A stretch of DNA of 64,000 nucleotides from a virus. Under the pieces are notes generated by a model that did not search any database, was not told the origin of the DNA, and saw only the letters and a list, made by a program, of their open reading frames with translations. Position numbers and translations under genes: made by a program. Positions within the stretch are counted from its first letter, which is position 1; each line of letters starts with the position of its first letter. Below, in pieces: positions 56,843 through 64,000 of this stretch. The DNA lies in the IMG/VR virus record IMGVR_UViG_3300020165_003419, positions 34,300 through 98,299 of that record; one strand, given 5' to 3'.

Positions 56843-58622
56843 TTATTTTCCTAACTGCCTCTTTCATTGACTTAGAACCGCGGCATTTCCACTTCTTACG
56901 AGATAATGCATTGGCACATGGGGGGTTTTTGCACTTTTTAATCTTTGCTGACCGTGCACAGTACGCATCACCCTTAGCTGTCCCGGGTCTGATGCGGTCT
57001 CCGCCGCCTTTTGCTTGTCCTTTTTGCCCAAATGATCGACATTTGCCGTCTACACGCTTGGCAAAGCGCTTTCCTTTCGAGGGTTTACAAGGTTTTTTGG
57101 CTTTTTCTTCAAGACTTCTCCGCGGCGGTCTCTGGTAAGCAGCAGGGCTCTCTAGGCATTTTTTGTATTCTCTCATTGAGGCACCATCAGGAACTTTTTC
57201 ATCACAGAGAGGGTCTGCTTCAAGACCTTGCGCTAACCAATGTGGTGGAAGTTTCTTGCCTTCGCTGAATTTATGTTTCTTTTCATCTAAAACTTGAGCT
57301 AATTCGTCCTCAATCATCATTTGTAAAGATTCTTTTTTAGAATTGCCCCAATTGGCAGCGCCAACTTTACGACATTTAACTAAAGCTCCGGATGCATATG
57401 CGCTCGGCCATACTTTATAGCGTGATTTTACCTTATTATAGCAAGCATCCTTTTTAGCAGATGACTTTTCTTCATCGAGAGTATACATATCATAATCATC
57501 TTCGTTAGGATCACCAAAATCTCTGCGTCCCACTTCATCCGACAGATCTCGATACATCTCTTCTGTGTCGTCATATGGCGTGGTCTCTCCATTTCGATGC
57601 GTTACCAAAATAACAGGCTTTCCGTCGCTAGCAATCTCAATGGAGGCTTCTACTCCAAACTTGTCTGCTAAATCTTGCACCTCATCGCGCATAAGATCTT
57701 CAGGACTCATACGTTCTTCACCAGTATCAATATCAGCAACAGCGCGACCGGGTTCATATTCGGTTTCTTCTAAACCTCTTGTTAGTTCTACTGGTCCATC
57801 TTGCTGCAACTGTTGCAGTTGGTCTTCAAGAACTTCTAATTTATCACGAAGATTCATTACTTCAGATTGTTTTGCAAAATAAGCTTTACTATTTCGAACG
57901 TCACTGAGATCTGTGTCATCATCAGCGGAGTCATCCATATTTTTCATACCTTTTTCAGCGTTGATAATTGCCTGTTCGAGCCTCGCAATCTTTTTTGTAA
58001 TGCCGGCTATGTGTGTTTGCCTATCTTCTCTAACAGCAGAAAGCTCTTCTTTGATCACAATAATTAACTTTTCGTTATTTTTACCGTAAGTTTCACAAGG
58101 ATCGTTCCCGCATCCACAATTCATACCTTCGTTAACTGGCTCTTCTGGTTCTTCTGTTTGGTCGAGAATTTTTTTGATTTGATCAGATTGCCCTTTGTGC
58201 ATTTTAGAAGCACCAGCAAGCTCGTCAGCTATCTTTTCTAACTCCTTTTCATGCTCTTTTGTGTGCGTCTCAGTAACCACAGCTTCTATTTCTTCTTCAA
58301 TTATTTGATACAAATCCATTTTATATAATTCCTCATTTTTTTTCTTAGATTTTGCTTTCTTGCCCCATGATTTACCCTTGCCACGTTCTTTACACGCGCC
58401 CGGTGTAGGTCTGCACGCAGGATATTTTTTACGTTTTTCGCCTGAACCGCGCCCACAAGCCTTGTAACCGCCACTTCCATCAGGAGAATTACAATCAACC
58501 CATCCTTTTTTAGAACCCTTGGCTCCCTTCCTACCAAACCAGTCTCTTAAAGAGGACTCTTTGCTAGATTCAGACCCGGCTTTTTTCTTTTTTTCGTCCA
58601 GTGGACCATATAAGTCATTCAT
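56832..58622 (-). CDS. Modular basic/acidic polyprotein-like head protein
   Basis: Lys/Cys-rich modules separated by acidic helices ending in (L/V)xE; start moved to MNDLYG. Confidence 0.65.
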   Translation of the reverse strand: MNDLYGPLDEKKKKAGSESSKESSLRDWFGRKGAKGSKKGWVDCNSPDGSGGYKACGRGSGEKRKKYPACRPTPGACKERGKGKSWGKKAKSKKKNEELYKMDLYQIIEEEIEAVVTETHTKEHEKELEKIADELAGASKMHKGQSDQIKKILDQTEEPEEPVNEGMNCGCGNDPCETYGKNNEKLIIVIKEELSAVREDRQTHIAGITKKIARLEQAIINAEKGMKNMDDSADDDTDLSDVRNSKAYFAKQSEVMNLRDKLEVLEDQLQQLQQDGPVELTRGLEETEYEPGRAVADIDTGEERMSPEDLMRDEVQDLADKFGVEASIEIASDGKPVILVTHRNGETTPYDDTEEMYRDLSDEVGRRDFGDPNEDDYDMYTLDEEKSSAKKDACYNKVKSRYKVWPSAYASGALVKCRKVGAANWGNSKKESLQMMIEDELAQVLDEKKHKFSEGKKLPPHWLAQGLEADPLCDEKVPDGASMREYKKCLESPAAYQRPPRRSLEEKAKKPCKPSKGKRFAKRVDGKCRSFGQKGQAKGGGDRIRPGTAKGDAYCARSAKIKKCKNPPCANALSRKKWKCRGSKSMKEAVRKINVK

Positions 58623-58696
58623 TTTTAGATATTTCCAAAGCTTTCTCCAATAAATAGATCGGAATCTCACTATTGTCAATGTCTTCAGGGCATAAT

Positions 58697-59422
58697 CTAC
58701 CTACACGCTCTAGGTTTTTCTGGCATGCCATTGCATAAAGCAGTTAAAGCTAAATCTATGTTCAAGTTTTGTATTGGAGATACCCAAATCATATTCTCTT
58801 GTATTTGGAATGAAGGGCTTCTTTCTACATCAACAGCCCAGAGCACTCCAACAATTTTTCCATCGTTGTCATATATTACTGATCCACTACAACCAAACCA
58901 TCCATAAGTTTGCAAAATAATTTGCCTTCCTGCTTCTGGGTGTGTTTCGAAACCTGCAACGTGTCCACGGAAGCTCAGCAAACTGTGCCAGGAAGGAAAT
59001 CCTGAATATGTGATAGTCTGACCAACTTCTATTAATTCTGAACGTGGCTTCCAACGCATTGGTTTCGCATATTCAAACTCACTAGGCAAATATAACAAAG
59101 ACATGTCATTTAATGGGTCTTTATAAACTAAGACTGCCATCCGGCGTTCAGTCTCTGTCGCTATCAAGTACGAAGTGCCAAGCGCCCCATCTGCCACGTG
59201 GTGCGCTGTTAGAACAAGATGCATTCCTTTGTAGTTAATTAGCCCTCCGGTACCATGACCTTGTCCGGTCAGCACTCTTACAGACGCATTGCGTACATTT
59301 TTCTCGACTACACTAAGCGAGTTGCTTATTTGTGTCGTTAGATTTTTATTCTGAGTTGTCGGTGTTGCAATTGCTGTAACTGGCAACAATAACGCTGCCA
59401 CAATTAATAGTATTTTCTTCAT
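58697..59422 (-). CDS. Secreted trypsin-like (S1) serine protease
   Basis: Signal peptide; LTAHHV, NDMSLL, FGCSGS triad. Confidence 0.85.
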   Translation of the reverse strand: MKKILLIVAALLLPVTAIATPTTQNKNLTTQISNSLSVVEKNVRNASVRVLTGQGHGTGGLINYKGMHLVLTAHHVADGALGTSYLIATETERRMAVLVYKDPLNDMSLLYLPSEFEYAKPMRWKPRSELIEVGQTITYSGFPSWHSLLSFRGHVAGFETHPEAGRQIILQTYGWFGCSGSVIYDNDGKIVGVLWAVDVERSPSFQIQENMIWVSPIQNLNIDLALTALCNGMPEKPRACR

Positions 59423-59586
59423 CTCTTGTGTTCTCCTTTAAAAATTATAAATCGAGCACTCAATAAAGCAATATTAATAATTGACAAAACAGATAAACTA
59501 TGTACACCATGAAATATACCAATAAGAAGTATACCAATGTTTGCAACTATTGCCGCTTGACACAGGGATGTCATTAAATTGTTCAA
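59419..59586 (-). CDS. Small two-TM membrane protein (not in ORF track)
   Basis: GGAGG RBS, TTG start, ..MTSLCQAAIVANIGILLIGIFHGVHSLSVLSIINIALLSARFIIFKGEHKR*, ATGA-coupled to the protease. Confidence 0.5.
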   Translation of the reverse strand: MNNLMTSLCQAAIVANIGILLIGIFHGVHSLSVLSIINIALLSARFIIFKGEHKR

Positions 59587-59604
59587 AAGAGCCTCCTAGA
59601 TTAA

Positions 59605-59874
59605 TTAGGGCTCCCTTTTGCAATGTGATATTATTTCCACTCCTCCTACTGGGAGTGGCACTATTTTTCTTGTTTTGAGTAGGTATACATGAACTTCCGG
59701 GAATATCTTTAATTGTACTTGGTCTGATGGCAAAATATCGTAGCTCTCAACGACTATTCCGCATGATTCTATGACCGTGTCGCCATCAAATTTAAATTGA
59801 TGATTAACAATTCTTACTAAATCTCCCTTTTTGGGAATTTTTTTCAAATTGTATCTATTTTTTCTTTCATCCAA
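59605..59874 (-). CDS. Small SH3/KOW-like protein
   Basis: KKGDLVRI...CGIVVE...VEIIS. Confidence 0.6.
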   Translation of the reverse strand: MDERKNRYNLKKIPKKGDLVRIVNHQFKFDGDTVIESCGIVVESYDILPSDQVQLKIFPEVHVYLLKTRKIVPLPVGGVEIISHCKREP

Positions 59875-60302
59875 TCGATAGCTTCCTCATATGAGTCAAA
59901 AATAACGGATAAACCCTCGATATACCGGCTAGTGCCAGTTTCCAACGCGGCCCATTGCCAATTCCAATTTGTGTCTTTAGAATAAATAAGACCGCCGCTA
60001 AGATTTCTTTTAGTGTTTATCTTCTTTTTCTTAATTATGGTCGCCAAGACTCTATTTTTTGCTAAGTGAAAGCGCTGTTCGTCAGTAACTTCTATACGCT
60101 CTTGGGCACCCTCGGTATTAAGAATTTTAAAATCAAATTTTTTTATTCTTTCTCCGTACTTTTCGATTAAATTTGTAATCTCAATTTGTTCGAATCGGCT
60201 AATCGCCTCTTCATATTCACCCTCATATGAAAATGTGTGTATGGGCGCCTTTGCCCTCTTGCCACTTTTAAATAATTTGTATACATTCCAATTAGAACTC
60301 AT
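59844..60302 (-). CDS. Hypothetical protein
   Basis: 152 aa, GGAGGG RBS. Confidence 0.65.
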   Translation of the reverse strand: MSSNWNVYKLFKSGKRAKAPIHTFSYEGEYEEAISRFEQIEITNLIEKYGERIKKFDFKILNTEGAQERIEVTDEQRFHLAKNRVLATIIKKKKINTKRNLSGGLIYSKDTNWNWQWAALETGTSRYIEGLSVIFDSYEEAIDWMKEKIDTI

Positions 60303-60588
60303 GGTTCCCTCCGTTTGCTGGATAGTGTGCTAGCATGCCAACAATAATCGATAATTTCATGCCTTCTTCCTCAATAATTGTTGACATTGGGACATTTGTA
60401 GGGTCTTCTGCATATCGATCTACGTTCTTGATCCACTTAACATGCCAAAAATACATGTCGTCATAAATCATATCAATGCGTCTTTCGCGCTCAATCAACA
60501 ATGCAACAAACCCAGTAGTTTCATCAACTATCAAATCTCCTACCTTAAGTATAACACCATTCAGCGCAGAATACAAGTCATCCATCAA
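60292..60588 (-). CDS. Small SH3/KOW-like protein
   Basis: LKVGDLIVD..TG...WHVKW...EEGM. Confidence 0.65.
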   Translation of the reverse strand: MMDDLYSALNGVILKVGDLIVDETTGFVALLIERERRIDMIYDDMYFWHVKWIKNVDRYAEDPTNVPMSTIIEEEGMKLSIIVGMLAHYPANGGNHEF

Positions 60589-60854
60589 ACTATTCTCGCT
60601 TTTTCAACTTTAAAAGTACCAGTGCGTATTAGATTTAATAAACCTTCTTCTGTATAAGGCTGATATCGACTTACCGTATCTTCTGTTGTCGGCATCGGTC
60701 CGGTCCAGAATATGTCCCAAGCCCACAGATTAATTAATTTGTTGCCGTCATCGTCTAAGAGATTTTCAAACAAGCTATAGCGCGAAACCAGCAATCCAAT
60801 GTCACCAGTAGCTATATCAACGACGATGTCGCCTATTTTTAAATTAATATCCAC
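60585..60854 (-). CDS. Small SH3/KOW-like protein (paralog of 60292)
   Basis: LKIGDIVVD..TG...WDIFW...EEGL. Confidence 0.65.
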   Translation of the reverse strand: MDINLKIGDIVVDIATGDIGLLVSRYSLFENLLDDDGNKLINLWAWDIFWTGPMPTTEDTVSRYQPYTEEGLLNLIRTGTFKVEKARIV

Positions 60855-60872
60855 ATAAGTAAGTAGGGGATA

Positions 60873-61247
60873 CTATCTTTGAATTGACCGCCTAATCCGT
60901 TGTGCATGGATACAAGCTAAAATATGCTCCTCAATTGACCGATCGGGTGAAAGATCGGTATTAATTACGCACACATTATTGGGCAGTATAAGAGCAGGAA
61001 TTGGCGACGGCGCCGCTATAGCGCCATTTTCCGGCGGCATGGCATCGATGTAGGTCGGTTGGTTATACGACTCCAGCAACGCATCCGGTCTTGTTCGCGC
61101 CATTTTTTCGCCGCCAGTTTTTTCTTCTATAAAATTTTTCTCATTAGCCACATGCTCATCCGCAGTGATGCCCGCATTTGCAGCCCAAACGCCGCATGCA
61201 GACAGTGCAAAAAAAGTAAACATATATTTCATGGATATACTCCGCAT
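60873..61247 (-). CDS. Secreted/lipoprotein-like hypothetical protein
   Basis: Hydrophobic N-terminus with LSAC. Confidence 0.55.
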   Translation of the reverse strand: MRSISMKYMFTFFALSACGVWAANAGITADEHVANEKNFIEEKTGGEKMARTRPDALLESYNQPTYIDAMPPENGAIAAPSPIPALILPNNVCVINTDLSPDRSIEEHILACIHAQRIRRSIQR

Positions 61248-61271
61248 TCAAAATCGCAATAAATAGTTCAT

Positions 61272-61463
61272 TTATTTATTAATAACCATATAATGACCGC
61301 CATTTTCCCACCGCAACCAAACGTCTTTAGCGATCTTTGGGTACCGTACGTACATCATACCGGTTTGGTCATCGATTTGCAGAACGAGACCTAATGACCG
61401 GTCGTTTCGCCAGACGTCTTTAACCCACGATCCAACCGCGGCCGTTGTGTTGTTAGCTTGCAA
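61272..61463 (-). CDS. Small SH3/KOW-like protein
   Basis: AVGSWVKD..LGLVL..VRY; start moved to TTG 61463 (AAGGT upstream). Confidence 0.5.
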   Translation of the reverse strand: MQANNTTAAVGSWVKDVWRNDRSLGLVLQIDDQTGMMYVRYPKIAKDVWLRWENGGHYMVINK

Positions 61464-61464
61464 T

Positions 61465-61734
61465 TTATACCTTAATGCGATCGATGATATATGGATGGTG
61501 GAAAGAAAGGTCTTTGTACAATTTCTTGATGACCTTCTTGGCAACTTCGCCAATATCCGCCTTTGTGTCTTTAGACTTAAGAGCAGTTGCAAGCTCATCC
61601 GCAAGAATCTTTTTAAGTTCACTCTTGATACGTTTATCCAATTCCGTACCGATCATCTTCTTTATATCAGATTTATCGGTTGACGAAAGATTCTCGTTAA
61701 TGAGAGTTATAACAATGTCCTTGGAAATATGCAT
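61465..61734 (-). CDS. Small helical protein with head-protein-like LxE / LKKILADEL motifs
   Basis: TLINE, IKKMIGTEL, LKKILADEL; CTATTTA 4 nt before the ATG. Confidence 0.65.
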   Translation of the reverse strand: MHISKDIVITLINENLSSTDKSDIKKMIGTELDKRIKSELKKILADELATALKSKDTKADIGEVAKKVIKKLYKDLSFHHPYIIDRIKV

Positions 61735-61751
61735 ACTGTAAATAGTCTATA

Positions 61752-62000
61752 CTATACATTATACACCAGTTCGAGATGATTTGCAACATGATTCGACGCT
61801 AATTCGTCTTTTAACCAATATACGCTGTAGGTATGAAAAGCGGTGGTGTTGACTTTAACGACAATGCCCACACGCTTGACACGTTTTTTATCTGATGAGT
61901 ATGTATACGGGAATCCGTACGGGTTGGCATTAGTGCTACCGGTATAGTACACCAAGTCACCAACAACGAAGTCTACAGGGTGACGCGCATCCTCGTTCAT
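61752..62000 (-). CDS. Small SH3/KOW-like protein
   Basis: FVVGDLVYY...VGIVVK...YSVYW...HLELV. Confidence 0.65.
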   Translation of the reverse strand: MNEDARHPVDFVVGDLVYYTGSTNANPYGFPYTYSSDKKRVKRVGIVVKVNTTAFHTYSVYWLKDELASNHVANHLELVYNV

Positions 62001-62344
62001 CGTGACCCCATAAGCGTTTTATCCGCGTTTTCTACCAGCAACAAGTGATCACCGTTGAACAATCCTGTTTTAAATTTACTAATTACCAACGGGTGGTTTG
62101 TCCATATCACCATATACTCACGATTCGCATATGTTTCCACAACGATGCCCACGTAACGTCCAAAGTCAACGCCAACCGATTTGGTTATTGAATACCGAAA
62201 CTCTGGTGCAAGTGTCACTAAGTCTCCCAACTCGAAGCGGCGGCTAAGCCCACGCGTCCATCGCGGTGACTGAAATGTATCTATAGACCCACTATACGCG
62301 CCCACAGCTGCGCCTAATGGGTTTTCTGCCCTCTTACTACCCAT
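61997..62344 (-). CDS. Small SH3/KOW-like protein
   Basis: FELGDLVTL...VGIVVE...YMVIW...HLLLV. Confidence 0.6.
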   Translation of the reverse strand: MGSKRAENPLGAAVGAYSGSIDTFQSPRWTRGLSRRFELGDLVTLAPEFRYSITKSVGVDFGRYVGIVVETYANREYMVIWTNHPLVISKFKTGLFNGDHLLLVENADKTLMGSR

Positions 62345-62531
62345 AAAGTATATAGGCGCGTCATGGGCAATTTGCGTACCGGGCTAATCTGGAAATTTTT
62401 AGGCGGTGTTTTTTAAATCATAATCTCAGAAAATTTCTCAGCCATATCGAGAAGGTACTTAGCCAGCCATCGCTGACCGCCTATCGGCCGAGACATACAT
62501 TCCGGGTAGGGGGGAGGGGGACCCCCCCGTC

Positions 62532-62607
62532 TTTGACAGCATTTTGACAGCAGTTAAATAAACGTCAAAACAGTGTCAGGCACAGTGATTGTCAATTACT
62601 TGTCAAT
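62532..62607. repeat. Paired TGTCA/TGACA boxes with 11-bp period
   Basis: TTTGACAGCA at 62532 and 62543; GTCA at 62564 and 62575; TTGTCAAT at 62589 and 62600; also ATGTCAAAA at 63068 and 63079. Confidence 0.7.
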
Positions 62608-62769
62608 ACTTCCATCACATCCAGTCACACTATACTGTAACATGTATACATATAATGCTGCTGTACACATACCCCAATAGCTTACATGGAATGCGATGTC
62701 TGTCGATTTAGATATTATTTTATATGATCTCGGATACTTTTCTCGCAACCGGTTACGTATCTGTCGCAT
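62596..62769 (-). CDS. Small basic membrane protein (not in ORF track)
   Basis: GGGAGAGG RBS; MRQIRNRLREKYPRSYKIISKSTDIAFHVSYWGMCTAALYVYMLQYSVTGCDGSIDK*. Confidence 0.5.
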   Translation of the reverse strand: MRQIRNRLREKYPRSYKIISKSTDIAFHVSYWGMCTAALYVYMLQYSVTGCDGSIDK

Positions 62770-63096
62770 GTATTCCTCTCCCTTTAAGCCGAACGTTAAC
62801 TAAGTTACTAGTATTGTTAGACATTCTATTTAATGTATCATCGGCATGCATGCAACGCGCGGCAGGCGCTGTCACATTTGTAACATGAGAATGATACAGA
62901 TATTGTTTAATGATTATAATACTTTAATTAGTTTTGCCCTCGCATGCAAACCTACAAATAGTTTAACGCACCCCCGTCGCATGTGAGTGTATACACCCGA
63001 GCATAACGCAGGTTACACGGGCACTATCGTCCGCATGCTGTCGCATGTGTCGCGCATTGTGTGTGACATGTCAAAAGAATGTCAAAATAAATGTGC

Positions 63097-63125
63097 TTGA
63101 CAGTGTGTGTGCGTATAGGTATAAA
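63097..63125 (+). promoter_or_regulatory. Plus-strand sigma70-type promoter
   Basis: TTGACA-17 nt-TATAAA, with no convincing ORF downstream. Confidence 0.5.
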
Positions 63126-63365
63126 GCCCCACCGCATGTGAAGTGCAGTTATAAAACATATTATAAACACATACTAACAATAACTAACACTACAAACCAC
63201 ATTGATCCACCGCAATACACTTTATCTAAATGCTTTGTACAGTACTACCCACAGTGCTTATAACAGTATTAGTAACATTAACTAACTCTGGTACCCACAT
63301 AGCTCTGTTCTCATACAGATAGATAATACCTGCAATGATTAATATATTATGTATAAGTCTCGACA

Positions 63366-63629
63366 TCATTCTACTCCATCGTCGCCGATTGCTTCAACCG
63401 GACAGGCATCCATTGCTTCATAACATTCAGCAAGTTCTTCCTCGGTTTCCGGTTGTTTGTATACGAGGTCATGAGTTGCGTCATCACTCTCGCGAAAGTT
63501 GTTGGGGGCTTCATATAAACAGACGTTGCAAATAATACAGGTTGAATCAACATAAAATGATACCTTCTTGTTATTAAACTCAACAACGTCTGTGTTGTTA
63601 TCATCAAACTTCTCTTTAGGATCTGCCAT
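63366..63629 (-). CDS. fdx: Single-cluster 4Fe-4S ferredoxin
   Basis: FYVDSTCIICNVC...APNNF...YKQP...CPVEAIGDDG; GGAGGT RBS. Confidence 0.9.
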   Translation of the reverse strand: MADPKEKFDDNNTDVVEFNNKKVSFYVDSTCIICNVCLYEAPNNFRESDDATHDLVYKQPETEEELAECYEAMDACPVEAIGDDGVE

Positions 63630-63798
63630 TGCTTATTACCTCCATATCTGATTCTCCGGCGTGGGTCTTCAATCCGCTCTTAACATTGCGAACCTCATAG
63701 ACCCATTCGGATCGGTCATGCCATTTCTTTATGATGACTCCCGTGATGGGAGGCTGACCCCATTGCATTATAACTTTAACTAAATCACCCACAGTCAC
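63616..63798 (-). CDS. Small SH3/KOW-like protein
   Basis: GTG start after GAGGTG; TVGDLVKV..GVIIK..YEV..DMEVIS. Confidence 0.65.
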   Translation of the reverse strand: MTVGDLVKVIMQWGQPPITGVIIKKWHDRSEWVYEVRNVKSGLKTHAGESDMEVISNGRS

Positions 63799-63964
63799 TA
63801 AGCACCTCAACATCAGTAGGGTGAGCATATAATCTATAGTCACTTTTAATAGACTGTATAAGAATGGTACGATTGTGATCATCTTCTTTGATCGCGATGA
63901 TAAGACCGACCACGGGATCGCGGCCGTGTGTGCGCTTCACGCTTACGAGGTTACCGACTTTCAT
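63785..63964 (-). CDS. Small SH3/KOW-like protein (not in ORF track)
   Basis: MKVGNLVSVKRTHGRDPVVGLIIAIKEDDHNRTILIQSIKSDYRLYAHPTDVEVLSDCG*, 59 aa. Confidence 0.65.
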   Translation of the reverse strand: MKVGNLVSVKRTHGRDPVVGLIIAIKEDDHNRTILIQSIKSDYRLYAHPTDVEVLSDCG

Positions 63965-64000
63965 TATTTTACCTTCCTCGCCTTCATGATCTGACGTTCC

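Noticed and set aside
63045-63535. Plus-strand ORFs 63045..63263 and 63335..63535
   Set aside because: No clear RBS or motifs; the first spans repeats and a promoter, the second is antisense to ferredoxin.
1-64000. Stop-codon reassignment
   Set aside because: Standard-code ORFs tile the window at high density; TAA, TAG and TGA all end credible genes; no suppressor tRNA seen.

Overview
The window reads as a 64-kb piece of a large lytic myovirus-type phage genome. It is densely packed, almost entirely on the minus strand, uses the standard genetic code and has no core cellular genes. From left to right it contains: (i) 1-12.7 kb, baseplate/tail genes (wedge, gp25-like, a 2154-aa virion protein, spike-like protein, gp5-like OB + M15 peptidase); (ii) a gp55-like late sigma factor; (iii) a ~22-kb sugar-nucleotide/glycosyltransferase island (ugd, rmlA/B, two DegT aminotransferases, NeuA-like, Fcl, an apparently complete ADP-heptose route with a GT9-like transferase, methyltransferases, B12 radical SAM); (iv) an accessory block with a Cas4/AddB-like nuclease, PIN-PhoH, thymidine kinase, tRNA-Thr, an unusual long-variable-arm tRNA-Asn(GUU), HNH, a vWA lipoprotein, IscU and tmRNA; (v) 46-58.6 kb, likely head-packaged proteins, where four unrelated proteins (HAD phosphatase, unknown, protein kinase, small unknown) start with the same 14-aa leader MKLL(L/I)ENWxx(Y/F)(L/V)xE, next to an RNA-ligase-like/HIGH-nucleotidyltransferase fusion and a modular basic polyprotein; (vi) a family of small KOW/SH3-like proteins, a ~1-kb repeat-rich, mostly non-coding region and a ferredoxin. 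A recurring CTANTTA motif upstream of many genes looks like the phage late promoter. The strongest candidate for an undescribed system is the leader-tagged set of capsid-cargo enzymes. Product calls come from motif recognition by eye; no database searches were run.
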